Source: Octopus bimaculoides (Eukaryota). From it: a stretch of 32,032 nucleotides of DNA. Where the stretch lies: assembly GCF_001194135.2 (NCBI RefSeq), contig NC_068991.1, positions 17,654,532 through 17,686,563 on the forward strand, read 5' to 3'. The translations under genes were made by a program, and so were the position numbers. The stretch's first letter is position 1. Each line of letters starts with the position of its first letter. Shown in pieces: positions 10,421 through 22,095 of this stretch. The notes below the pieces were generated by a model. The model worked only from the letters and a program-made list of their open reading frames with translations, made no database searches and was not told the origin of the DNA.

Positions 10421-10966
10421 ATGGCTGTTTTGAGAGTAAGAAGCTGAATACAAGAACTCTTTTGCCTGCTGCCATAGTAAGTCTTTGAAAATCCTTTTAT
10501 CTGCGAGGAAGCACGTGTTGAGAAATTTGACGTTGTGTTCTGTGTGATTATGGCAGCAAGCTCCAGTAACTTCCCTTTTCGTTATGGTTTCTTTTTTGTC
10601 ATTCAGTAGTGAGGTGTGCTAAAAATAACAGCTAAATAAGATTTTTTGGATAAATCTTTTAAATTAACAAACATTTATTTACATGTGCAGTCACGCACAA
10701 AATGACAGCTTCCAAATCCTGTTTCCTGACTGAGTGAAAATTATCAAGCTTTAATCCTCTATAACTCTTTAAGAATATTTTTCTGGAAAAAATTAAATAA
10801 CTCCAGCAATTTGGTTTGGGCAAGTGTATTTGTGTCAAATTTTAAAATTTTCGGTAAACTTTCATTTGGAGCCGCTGGCAACCAAACCGAAAAGATCCAA
10901 TTTAAGGATTTAGAAAATTCATCCTGATGTGAGCGTGTTGAAAGAACACGTGTTATTTATAATTTT

Positions 10967-11631
10967 ACTAGCAGAGATACCCAGAGAAGAAAATAGCTTG
11001 AGTGAAAAAACTTGAACCACTTTAGGATATCTTTTTCTAACGCATGAATGCTCAGTGATGTGGCTGAATTCTCATTGATTAATAATGAAAGCTTATCGGC
11101 TGTATCACAACGGTTTTCAATATATAGAGAGAAATTTAAATAGATGGAGTGCAAAAAATTTTAAATAAGTAAAGTAATGTTGTAGGGAGAACGTACAAAT
11201 AGCGTGAAGACAAAGATATTTATGCACGACAAAATTGAAATACACTAAAGTCAATTTTCAGAGAGAAAGAATGAAACAGGCATAGACTTAAAGAGAGGAA
11301 CTATTACAGAGGGTGAGAGAGAATATATGTAAGCTAGAGAGACATAGGATGAAAAAAAGAAAGAGAAGATAGAAATAAGCAGAGAGAGAATCGGTTGAAA
11401 ACTGCACAAGTCAATGGGAAAGAATCAGTTGCAAAACTACAGTTTTTGGAGAAAAACTCATGTGAGACACCTTTTTTCCCCAGTTTCTTGCTTTACGAGA
11501 GAGCTCTGAACAAAATGGCGCATAAGTAATGAGTGTGTGTAAAGTTTGGTGAAAATCAGTTAAAAACTGTAGAAATACATATGTACTAAGCACACACACA
11601 CACATACATCCTTTGTTTTATATATATAGAT
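10967..11631 (+). mobile_element. Possible non-autonomous Helitron/Helentron-like (HINE/Lep1-type) element
   Basis: Begins ACTAGCAG after a T-run; ends AAGTTTGGTGAAAATC...(CA)n...TATATATATAGAT, resembling HINE/Lep1 terminal architecture as I recall it; the interior is degenerate. Confidence 0.42.
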
Positions 11632-12540
11632 AACACACGCGTACAAACACAGATATACAGATGGGTTTTTTTTTCAAAGTGAAGGTTTCTTTCATGACCT
11701 GAGTTTCACGCCACTGCACTCTTCAGACGAGAACTATTCAAACTTGATATTGGTGGTGTATTTATATCCTTCTGTGTACATGTGTGAAATTAGTACATGT
11801 GTTTGTCTATTGGTTTATGCATTGCATTTATTGGTGGGGTACTGTTTTCCTGGCCTCTTCACTGACATTTATTTCTTCCTTTTTTTTTTTTAACTTCCTA
11901 TTCCTCTACATTACACTTTTTATTTCATATCTTTAAATTGGATGGTGAAACTAACAAGCTAATCAGCTTGTAACTTCAGCAAAATGGATGCCATTAAAGA
12001 CAGTACAAAGTTATAACTAGCTAAGGGAGACTAACAGAAGAGGTAAGTATTTTTTTTTTTTGTTCACATATATACATATCAACACATAGTCATCATTATA
12101 AGATGTAATGGGAAAACCCAATCTACTGGCATCTTTTAAGGGCATACTTACACTTGATAACGACTAGTGATAATGATGATTTTTAAGTCTGGTGACTTTT
12201 TAGAAGTAGGGGCCGTTTGGAGTCTTAAAAACGCTAGGAATCATTGGTGTATGTGGTCACTTGATCTAACCAGAAATAGCAATGAAATCTCAGCTGGTTC
12301 AAGGATAACCTGGGGTTAAACTACAACAGCACTCAACATTATATATGGGTACAGGCACAGATGTGAGTAACAAATTTACTTCATAACTACATGGTTCAGT
12401 TCTACTGCTCGGCACCTTTGAGAAGCATCTTCTACTATAGCTCCAATGCTTTTCAAGTGAATTTGATAGGTGGGAATTGTAGGAGGCCCCTTATGTATGT
12501 GTGTGTGTGTACACAAATGTGAGTGAATGTTGATAAACTT

Positions 12541-12767
12541 AATAATAATAATCCTTTCTACTGAAGGCACAAAACCTTGAAACTTTGGGAGCGGGGAATA
12601 GTCGATGCATTTGACCCCAGTGCTTCACTGGTACTTAATTTATCGACCCCAAAAGGATGAAAGGTAAAGTCGACTTCAGCAGAATTTGAACTCAGAACAT
12701 AGCGACAGACGAAATACCATTAAGCATTATGCCTGGCATGCTAATGATTCTGTCAGCTTGCCACCTT
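12541..12767 (-). mobile_element. tRNA-derived SINE family B (Nin/Deu-like central domain), near full length
   Basis: Minus strand: head AAGGTGGCAAGCTGACAGAATCATTAG (A-box-like), B-box GAGTTCAAATTC (12682-12693), central GTCGACTTTACCTTTCATCCTTTTGGGGTCGATAAATTAAGTACCAG, (ATT)n tail. Flanked by (AAT)n on both sides. Confidence 0.9.
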
Positions 12768-12781
12768 AATAATAATAATAA

Positions 12782-13052
12782 CAATAGGAAACTGTAAAGG
12801 TTGTGCCTGTAATAATGGTTCATTGGGAACTGTGACAAATGGTCGAAGGAAATTGGAATAGAATGCCCAGTTGATCTCCTACAGAAGGTTTGTCTCTTGG
12901 GGACAGGAAAGATTATCAGAAGAGTTTTAAGCATTTGAAAGACCATTGAAAGTTTGTGGATACCTAAGGTTACAGGTAGTAACCCACTACCCACATAAAT
13001 TCTACCAGGAATAAGAACGAACCTGAGTCAAATCAATAATAATAATAATAAT
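12782..13052 (+). mobile_element. R4/Dong-clade non-LTR retrotransposon, 3' terminal fragment
   Basis: VKVVPVI(fs)GSLGTVT(fs)WSKEIGIECPVDLLQKVCLLGTGKIIRRVLSI* (stop 12936-12938), matching the post-REL C-terminal motif VVP..IG.LG...LQK..LLGT..I.R.VL; 3' UTR ends in (AAT)6 at 13035-13052. Confidence 0.8.
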
Positions 13053-13263
13053 GATTTCAAATTTTAGCCAGTAAGGACAGCACATTTGGGGGAAGGGTTA
13101 AGTTGATTACATTGGCACCAGTATCCAACAAGTACCTATTTTATCAATCCTGAAAGGATGAAAAGCTGACTTTGGAAGAATTTGAACTCAGAATGTAAAA
13201 TCCGAAGAAATGCTGCAAAGCATTTTGTCCAGTGTGCTGACAATTCTACCAGCTCACCCCCTT
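13053..13263 (-). mobile_element. SINE family B copy
   Basis: TTTTATCAATCCTGAAAGGATGAAA...GAATTTGAACTCAGAATG...CCAGCTCACCCCCTT. Confidence 0.85.
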
Positions 13264-13493
13264 AATAATCCTTTCTAATTTTAGTACAAGGCCAGCAATT
13301 TTGAGGGAAGGGTGACATCAGTGAAGTCAATCATAGTGACCCCCTGTGTTCAACTTGTACCTATTTTTTATCAACCCTAAAAAGATGAAAGGCAAGGTTG
13401 ACTTTGGCAGTATTTGAACTCAGAACAAAGCTAGACGAAATGCTGCTCAGCATTTTATCTGGCATGCTAATGATTCTGCCACCTTACTACCTT
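13264..13493 (-). mobile_element. SINE family B copy
   Basis: AATAATCCTTTCTA...GATGAAAGGCAAGGTTGACTTTGGCAGTATTTGAACTCAGAAC...TGATTCTGCCACCTTACTACCTT. Confidence 0.85.
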
Positions 13494-13501
13494 TATGATA
13501 A

Positions 13502-13678
13502 TATTTCTTTCTACATACTATTGGGGGGGGGGGAAGTTAAACTAGAACTTATTTTATCCCCCTACCACAAAGGATGAAAAAAAGTTGACCTCAGCAGGAT
13601 TTGAACTCAGAACTGAAAGAAATGCCATTAAGCACTTTGTCAAATGCGCGAACAATTATTCTGCCAACTTGCCACCTT
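13502..13678 (-). mobile_element. SINE family B copy with candidate 8-bp TSD
   Basis: GGATGAAAAAAAGTTGACCTCAGCAGGATTTGAACTCAGAAC...CTGCCAACTTGCCACCTT; flanked by TATGATAA at 13494-13501 and 13679-13686. Confidence 0.8.
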
Positions 13679-14084
13679 TATGATAACAACAAAGACAAGA
13701 TGGTCACAAATGGAATGCCTTTTATCAAAGGTCTGTTTGATGAAGGCTGACTTAGTGTTAAATAACATAATAATGATAATAATAAAAATTTTCAAATCTG
13801 TTTTTTATTTTCATTTTTGAGGAGGAAATGAATGCTTTGGGGGAAATAATTGTAGTAATTTAAAGTAATTCTACATTAAAAGAAAAAAAGCCATTTCTTG
13901 TGGTTTGCCCATATAGTGTTTCTTAATTGTTCTACATTTAAGAAATCTTGCAGTACCATCTTGAGAATCTAGGTCAGGGTGTGTGAGGAATATCAAATCA
14001 CCACTAGTTTTCCAAGATGTTAAATATATGTATGTACATACATACATATGTACACACATTCACACAACACAAAATGCAAATATA

Positions 14085-14091
14085 TACATAC

Positions 14092-14127
<36 letters not shown>

Positions 14128-14310
14128 TATATATATATATATATGTACATATATATATGCCCAACCAATGTCAGCATAGAAAAATGATGATGATAACAGT
14201 GGTGGAAGCAATTATAATGGTGTGGTGTTAGTTAAGTTTGAAGAATCCTTTTTAAAACCTATTAACATTTCTCTCTCTCCTTGCTTTTCTCTCTCTATTA
14301 TATATATATA

Positions 14311-14345
<35 letters not shown>
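14085..14345. repeat. (TA)n and (CT)n microsatellite cluster
   Basis: Direct reading: (TA)n ~14095-14158, (CT)n ~14270-14342. Confidence 0.95.
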
Positions 14346-14346
<1 letters not shown>

Positions 14347-14642
14347 ATTGCTTTCTATTACTCTTCTCCCAGCCTCTTTATCCCTTTCTCTTCTTGTCCC
14401 TCTAAACACACATGCATGAGTGCACATAGTCTTATTAAATTTGAATTTTTTAAGTACTTTTATACCACTTTCACACTTCTGTATATTTATAAATTTTCAT
14501 TTTTATTTATTTCACTTATTCAAATCTGTTTTATACAACATTCTGCTTCATTTCATTTTCTCCCCTTTTTCATCATTAATTTCAATTTTTCTTCAATATC
14601 CAGTCACAAACACAGTTTCATTTCATTATTTTCTCTACATTT

Positions 14643-14677
<35 letters not shown>

Positions 14678-15669
14678 TTTCTAGTTATTTATAATTTATC
14701 AAAGTAAACAAATGCAAATTGTAGCTATCTGAGTGGATAAGGTCCAAACTAGCATTGGCAGGGAGATGGCTTGTATCCTTTCACTGGTAATGTACTAAAG
14801 ATGAGACCCAGAGGAATAATGCAATTCTGGAAAAGGGGGATACCTACTAGGGCAAGCGTGGAACATGATGAGGATAATAATTAAAGAAAGAGAGGTTAAT
14901 GTGCCACATAGATTTGAAGAGAGTACAGAGTGAATCATAAGAGATCCACCAGATGGTGAAGAATTTCAGTGTCTGGCACCTATAGCAAGGAACTATACTT
15001 CCTCAAAGTATATGGATATCTTAGACTGAAGGAAGCACAGCAAATGTTTTTATTTACTTACTTTTTTTACCTTTTGCCAGACCACAAATGAGTGCAAAGA
15101 GATAATCCTATGTTGCAAACTTATCTGATAACAAACAACCCTAAACCACTTGTGCTGCAATGATGCAAATTTCATATTTTAAAGGGATCTAAAACTAAAA
15201 CCACCCAGAGATGTTAATCTGCTGACCGTAGTGTCTCTCATTTAGATTTTCCTCACTGCCATTGTCACCATCATTAACAGTATTTCCAGTCACCTTACCA
15301 ACAATGAAGCTTCTATTGTGTTGCTACTGTCCTTGCAAAATATGAAAACATCACAACCTCCTCTTTACTCATCCCCAACTATTATATGTTAGGTTCAGCA
15401 CTTAGTATTACAAGGGCCAGAGCCACCACTACCATCACCTTCACTGCCGTTACTGACAATATTACTTTTGTGACAACTTAGCAACACAACACCGTCTACA
15501 GACACACTCACCATCCCCTACTCTGTGACTACCTTCCCCACTTCCACACACTGAAGAACAATTCAATGAAGGCGAGCAAAGAAAAGCAAAACAAAAAAAA
15601 AAAAACAAAGAAACAATTTTAAAAATTTACCCCACCTATCTGACAACCTCTCCAACACATGCAAGCACA

Positions 15670-15676
15670 CACACAT

Positions 15677-15748
<72 letters not shown>
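15670..15748. repeat. Long (CA)n microsatellite
   Basis: Direct reading. Confidence 0.97.
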
Positions 15749-15750
<2 letters not shown>

Positions 15751-16176
15751 TACACTTGCATCAAGACTACCATTGCCATCACCACTACCACCGCTTGCAC
15801 CAACACAATAGTGTGTTCAGTGGTAAACAGCCTCAGGGACTGGATGTGTGGGTGGTTGTTTATTTGCAAAGGATTAATTAGAACAGAGAGAAAACTGAAT
15901 GTGACATTCATGGAAAAAAAAAAAAGACATAAATAAAAAAACAGGTGAGTGAATGAGTTACATAAGGGAAACATGCATGCACACACGCACACACACACAC
16001 ATATACATGACAAACCATCATACACACACAAGAATAAACTGCCTTTAGCAAACAAACATACTCGCAAAGTAGTACACCATTTTCCAGAGATTTCCTTGGG
16101 TCATCAGGGTAGTGGAATTTTTGTCTCGTGACAGCCTGAAAAATAGGACAAAAAATATTTGTCAAGATTCATTCTC

Positions 16177-16207
<31 letters not shown>

Positions 16208-16395
16208 CAAATGTTAAATTCAAACTACAACAAACGTAAATAAACAAACGAAGTTTGTTTTTAGAAGCGTTGAGATGTCTTTTAGAAAGTTAAAGAAGTG
16301 ATTTTAAATTCTCAATTGCAGAATAATGCTAATAATATAGCCTGAACAGGATAAACTATCCCTATTTTGCAGCAGAGAAAAGTGTAGGTGGCTAT

Positions 16396-16482
16396 CATCA
16401 TCATCATCATCATCATCACCATCACCATCACCACCATCACCATCACCACCATCACCATCACCATCACCACCACCATCACCAT
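16396..16482. repeat. (CAT/CAC)n compound trinucleotide repeat (29 triplets)
   Basis: Direct reading. Confidence 0.97.
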
Positions 16483-18800
16483 CAAATAGTGAAGTCTTGC
16501 TTCAGAAAATACTTAAAATCATTAAACTTTACATGGTCAGTTCCAACTCCATCCAGGGCAACATTGCCCATCATCCTCCTGGGCTCAATAAAAAAAAATA
16601 TATATCAGACATATACTGGGGGCAATTTTATCAACTACACCTCTTTGTACTTCCCCCACTCCATACAAAATATTTCTCTTGTGCTTCTGTTCAAAATTAT
16701 AATTGTAGCACCCCATCCCTGCCTCTACAAAGATGAAAGGCAAAGCCCGCCTCCCTGCCAGGTTCAACTTTGTTTTTCATCCTTCCAGGGTCAACAAAAT
16801 AAATACTAATGCTAATTTAATTACCAGTTCCTGCACCAAAATTTGTGACTTTGTGCTTAGAAATTATTATCATTATTACTGTTGTTGTTACTGTTGCTTG
16901 TCCAAGCAAGATACATTTACATAACCCTCTCCCTGTTTGCATCACAGTTTATCATTTTTTTTTTTTTCAAACAATGGATAATTTTCTGTCATATCGTGTA
17001 GAAATATATTTTAATACAAATATATGTGAAAAATTTGTTTCAATTTTTTTTCTCTTGCCCAGTTTGGGGTAAAAGTGACATTTATACATACTTTTTTTTC
17101 GTTTGACATGCATTTAGCTGTAAAATGTTAATGAGAAGTGGAGTCAACATCTCTCTCAAAGGAGGGGAAAAAAACACCCCCAAAAAAACAAGAACAGAAA
17201 TACTTTGCACCAAGACACATCCAGTTTAAATGAGGGGGAAAATAAAATGACTTTTTCTGTTGCAAATGAAAGCAATGAGTAAAGTTTTGGTAACCAGTTA
17301 ACAATAACAACACACTGCTCTGCACACACAGTTTTGCAGATATTGTCGCCAATAAGAAGTCTGGCAGTGATATGTGAGAAAAAGACTGGCCTCTTGTGCA
17401 AGGAATTAATCCAAGAGCCAGCAAAGAAAGAAATGATATATTTCTGTCTTGTGAAGAGGGGTTGGAAGGGATTTTCTGTAAGCTCCCAAAAGATGAACTG
17501 AAGCAAACCTTGATTAATTAAATAAGGTAATCTCTACAGATTTTCTATAAAAACTATAGCTATCACCCGATTTGTTACGATGTTTCGTATTGAAATATGT
17601 CTAATGTAAACAAAGTGATTGGAAATGGAAAAACAGGTAATGGGTGTATATGCATATTTCAGGTGTTCTTGTTCCTTCTTCAGCATCACATCCAACTAAT
17701 TAACTATCCACAAACACCTTGCTTAAATACTTACTAAATATAGCAGCATAACACTATCAGATATACCAATTTTTCTACTTCTGAGCACATTCCTGGCAGC
17801 TGCTATGTGCAAATTAATTACTTGTAGGCACACTGTATTTCATTATGCAACCATAATATACTACCAAGATTTGATCAATATACAGAAGGATGTAGTTTCC
17901 ATCGTCCAGGGTAAGGCATACAATAGTGTCTATCTGGTTTTCAAAATCAAAAGCAAGGCAAAACATCAAGCATGGATAGTTTGATACACACCTCCCCATA
18001 GGCTTGTACCATAATACATGGGCCAGTACAATGCAAGAGTAACAGTCAGTGGTATTGGCAGTAACACCAACCCTTGATTCATTGTCATCATTTATGTGTA
18101 GCGGAATACAGGCAGATAGTAAGTGCCAAGTTGATGAAAAATTATATGTGGTTGGGAAAGATCAGTGAATTTACAAGTGCTTATAAGCCCCGTCAGAACC
18201 ACATGAGCAACCAGGAGCTGAGCGCTGTTGTAGGTTCAGAAACAAAAGTAATGACAGTAGAAGCGTAGGGCAAAAAGCCCAATTGTTATGATCCAGTCTA
18301 GCAGGTGGATGAGAATCCATCATCTAGGTAGGGTCAGAGCAGTGAGTAGTTCACCCAATTTGCTTCATGTTTTTAGCCCTTTGAACCTGTGACTATGCCT
18401 TACCAGGCACGATTTCGTTTGACCACTCTTCTGAAAGACACAAAAATAGGCAGCTACATGGTTTTGCATTTATGACTGAAAATGATGTTTCTGTCAATGA
18501 TAGACCATAAACATGAAACTATGAGGCTGCCTGCTTTTGCATCTTCCGGAGGTATAGTCAAACGAAATATGCCAGCTAAAGCATAATTGTAAGCTAAAAA
18601 GTTATTGTATAATTTCTTTACCCTGCTCCAGGTCTTTAAAAACATACCTATTACCTTAAATCAAATTTCTTGTTTGTATAACTCCTCTCATAACTACTGT
18701 CATTTACTCCCTCTCATCCTTCTTTAATCTCTATGATTCTTTCTCTTTCACTGCATGCGCATAGAGTTCCTTTATTCATTGCCTGCCACCAAGCCTTGTA

Positions 18801-19057
18801 TACTCTTTTACTTGTTTCAGTCATTTGACTGCAGCCATGCTGGAGCACCGCCTTATAGTCGAGCAAATCGACCCCGGGACTTATTCTTTGTAAGCCTAGT
18901 ACTTATTCTATCGGTCTCTTTTTGCCGAACCACTAAGTTACGGGGACGTAAACACACCAGCATCGGTTGTCAAGCAATGTTGTGGGGACAAACACACACA
19001 CACGAACATATACACACACACATACATACATATATATATACATATATACGACGGGCT
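18801..19057 (-). mobile_element. CORE-type tRNA SINE family A, 3' part (head lost in the gap)
   Basis: Near-identical reverse complement of ~30014-30255 (…GACTAAAGGCGGTGCTCCAGCATGGC.GCAGTCAAATGACTGAAACAAGTAAAAGAG). Confidence 0.92.
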
Positions 19058-19926
19058 NNNNNNNNNNNNNNNNNNNNNNNNNNNNNNNNNNNNNNNNNNN
19101 NNNNNNNNNNNNNNNNNNNNNNNNNNNNNNNNNNNNNNNNNNNNNNNNNNNNNNNNNNNNNNNNNNNNNNNNNNNNNNNNNNNNNNNNNNNNNNNNNNNN
19201 NNNNNNNNNNNNNNNNNNNNNNNNNNNNNNNNNNNNNNNNNNNNNNNNNNNNNNNNNNNNNNNNNNNNNNNNNNNNNNNNNNNNNNNNNNNNNNNNNNNN
19301 NNNNNNNNNNNNNNNNNNNNNNNNNNNNNNNNNNNNNNNNNNNNNNNNNNNNNNNNNNNNNNNNNNNNNNNNNNNNNNNNNNNNNNNNNNNNNNNNNNNN
19401 NNNNNNNNNNNNNNNNNNNNNNNNNNNNNNNNNNNNNNNNNNNNNNNNNNNNNNNNNNNNNNNNNNNNNNNNNNNNNNNNNNNNNNNNNNNNNNNNNNNN
19501 NNNNNNNNNNNNNNNNNNNNNNNNNNNNNNNNNNNNNNNNNNNNNNNNNNNNNNNNNNNNNNNNNNNNNNNNNNNNNNNNNNNNNNNNNNNNNNNNNNNN
19601 NNNNNNNNNNNNNNNNNNNNNNNNNNNNNNNNNNNNNNNNNNNNNNNNNNNNNNNNNNNNNNNNNNNNNNNNNNNNNNNNNNNNNNNNNNNNNNNNNNNN
19701 NNNNNNNNNNNNNNNNNNNNNNNNNNNNNNNNNNNNNNNNNNNNNNNNNNNNNNNNNNNNNNNNNNNNNNNNNNNNNNNNNNNNNNNNNNNNNNNNNNNN
19801 NNNNNNNNNNNNNNNNNNNNNNNNNNNNNNNNNNNNNNNNNNNNNNNNNNNNNNNNNNNNNNNNNNNNNNNNNNNNNNNNNNNNNNNNNNNNNNNNNNNN
19901 NNNNNNNNNNNNNNNNNNNNNNNNNN
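19058..19926. other. Assembly gap
   Basis: Run of N; the long ORFs spanning it are artefacts. Confidence 0.99.
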
Positions 19927-20106
19927 TCTTTCACCACAACTTTCTCTCTCTCTTACTTCCTGTTTCTGCTGTGCCTGTAATTCAAAGGGTCAGCCTTGTC
20001 ACACTGTGTCACGCTGAATATCCCCGAGAACTACGTTAAGGGTACACGTGTCTGTGGAGTGCTCAGCCACTTGCACGTTAATTTCATGAGCAGGCTGTTC
20101 CGTTGA
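19927..20106 (+). mobile_element. SINE-like family D body, broken at 20106
   Basis: GC-richer, CpG-retaining block (…CAGCCTTGTCACACTGTGTCACGCTGAAT…GAGCAGGCTGTTCCGTTGA) matching an abundant octopus repeat as I recall it; no second copy in the window to confirm. Confidence 0.6.
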
Positions 20107-20203
20107 AAGTGGGGAAAAAAATAAAATGAAACAGCTGATAGCTGGCCCGGTTGATTGGATGTTGGGCAATCATGCACAAATCTGGTGGTTCAAATCTCAC
20201 CAC

Positions 20204-20373
20204 CAGTACTGAATCCTCCCATGTAATGAATTAGAAATAAGCAATATATGAAGTGTTAGACTGTTGTTGTTGGCACTCCGTCGCTTACGACGTCAAGGGT
20301 TCCAGTCTAACAACAGTCTAACACCTCATATATTGCTTATTTCTAATTCATTACATGGGAGGATTCAATACTG
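20204..20373. repeat. 65-bp inverted repeat with a 40-bp spacer, truncated by the gap
   Basis: 20204-20268 is the reverse complement of 20309-20373 with 63/65 identity. Confidence 0.95.
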
Positions 20374-20870
20374 NNNNNNNNNNNNNNNNNNNNNNNNNNN
20401 NNNNNNNNNNNNNNNNNNNNNNNNNNNNNNNNNNNNNNNNNNNNNNNNNNNNNNNNNNNNNNNNNNNNNNNNNNNNNNNNNNNNNNNNNNNNNNNNNNNN
20501 NNNNNNNNNNNNNNNNNNNNNNNNNNNNNNNNNNNNNNNNNNNNNNNNNNNNNNNNNNNNNNNNNNNNNNNNNNNNNNNNNNNNNNNNNNNNNNNNNNNN
20601 NNNNNNNNNNNNNNNNNNNNNNNNNNNNNNNNNNNNNNNNNNNNNNNNNNNNNNNNNNNNNNNNNNNNNNNNNNNNNNNNNNNNNNNNNNNNNNNNNNNN
20701 NNNNNNNNNNNNNNNNNNNNNNNNNNNNNNNNNNNNNNNNNNNNNNNNNNNNNNNNNNNNNNNNNNNNNNNNNNNNNNNNNNNNNNNNNNNNNNNNNNNN
20801 NNNNNNNNNNNNNNNNNNNNNNNNNNNNNNNNNNNNNNNNNNNNNNNNNNNNNNNNNNNNNNNNNNNNNN
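20374..20870. other. Assembly gap
   Basis: Run of N. Confidence 0.99.
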
Positions 20871-21047
20871 CAAATCGCCTTTAAATCAAACCCTACGATC
20901 TTAAAAAAAAAAAAAAAAAGTAAATAAAGGGTCCAATGGATATTCATCCATCATCTGCCAAAATAAAAAAAAATTGATGAGACAATCATATTTTGAATGC
21001 CTGTGGTCATAGGTCTGCTCAGTCAGAGCTGATCTACAACCAAACAA
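20871..21047 (+). mobile_element. Family C (CAA-tailed) repeat
   Basis: CAAATC.CCTTTAAATCAAACCCTACGATCTTAAAAAA...GAATGCCTGTGGTCATAGGTCTGCTCAGTCAGAGCTGATCT...AAACAAT. Confidence 0.7.
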
Positions 21048-21565
21048 TATTAACAATAGAAACAGTTCTTATTTGCCATATAAATACAGTTCTTAAGACT
21101 GGTCCCATCTGATTTTTTTTTTTTTCTATATTTCATGGATTTGACCTAATAAATAAATGTATGCGTTATATATACACTGAGGGGTCCTGGAAGGCTTTCA
21201 AGTTAACTTTTTCAAGCTAGCTCAAAATTATCAACAGCTTGGGTTTCCAGTATTTCAACATCTGTAATAGATGCAAAGTGCTTGTTCTCAAATAATTTTT
21301 TTAGTCAGCCTCGAGTAAGATTCTTCTCAAAAGGTAGAGAGACTGCTACATGCAATGGGGGTTATCTCTGTACAGACATTTGACCTGCTAGAAATACTAA
21401 TCAAATTCCCTTTAAACCACATTGAAAATAAAGAGAGACATACTGGATAATGGTAGTCCACTGCCTGGACAAGAAAAAAAAATATGATCAACTAAAACAC
21501 CTTTGAATATGACTCAACCATATAAGAGCTACCATGGAGATAAACAGCATCTATACATACACATA

Positions 21566-21910
21566 GGTACAGATATTGCTATGTGGTTAAGAAATTTGCT
21601 TCCCAACCACATGGTTTCGGGTTCAGTCCCACTGTCACAACATGAATAAGTGTCTTCTACTGTAGGTCCCAGTCAACCAAAGCCTTGTGATTTGGAAGAT
21701 GGAGACTGAAAGAGGAGAGGGGTGTGTATGTGTGTGTGTGTGTGTGTGTGTGCATATATGCATATGCATGCATTTGCATGTGCGTGTATTTGTTTTTCCT
21801 GATCTGGACATCACAAGCAGTGTCATTTCCAGTCTTGCATGAAAACATGACTGGTCATAGGGAAATACTACATTGCTTGGAAAAAGTGAGGATTGGTAGC
21901 AGGAAAACAC
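21566..21910 (+). mobile_element. CORE-type SINE with family A head but an RTE-like tail module
   Basis: Head TTGCTTCCCAACCACATGGTTTCGGGTTCAGTCCCACTG...AAGTGTCTTCTAC...CCAAAGCCTTGTG matches family A. After the (TG)n tract it diverges to GAAAACATGACTGGTCATAGGGAAATA...GATTGGTAGCAGGAA, like 1100-1203 and 24858-24950. Confidence 0.75.
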
Positions 21911-22095
21911 TTGATAATACACAACTACCTAAGTAAATATGGATATACCTATTCATACATACACAGACAGTGATGCATACAAACACTTCTGCATGCCTGC
22001 AATACATACACACTCTCAAATCCATAATTACATGTAGACAGCCATAGAAACAAACATTCCTTCATAGCACTGAGTCAGTAAAGGAGTCTCTATAT

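Noticed and set aside
14710-15060. Purine-rich unique-looking stretch considered as an exon or old LINE
   Set aside because: Frames are short and interrupted, with no recognisable motif or paired splice sites.
16336-16809. Open frame with 29 consecutive His codons continuing into ORF 16489-16809, with a TTTTGCAG acceptor-like site upstream
   Set aside because: CAT/CAC microsatellites are common here, the downstream peptide has no recognisable domain, and no matching donor or start context supports it.
16732-16810. 14-bp inverted pair GATGAAAGGCAAAG / CTTTGTTTTTCATC
   Set aside because: Both arms are fragments of the family B central domain; too short to interpret beyond SINE debris.
17814-18130. 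Minus-strand peptides NTTD...CLAFDFENQIDTI and ICLYSATHK faintly resembling LINE RT motifs
   Set aside because: The spacing between the motifs is too short and the key residues KAFD are absent; it may be an ancient remnant but cannot be supported by eye.
18755-20947. Long ORFs of 176-420 aa in the ORF track
   Set aside because: They are composed mostly of X from N gaps and flanked by SINE sequence; artefacts.
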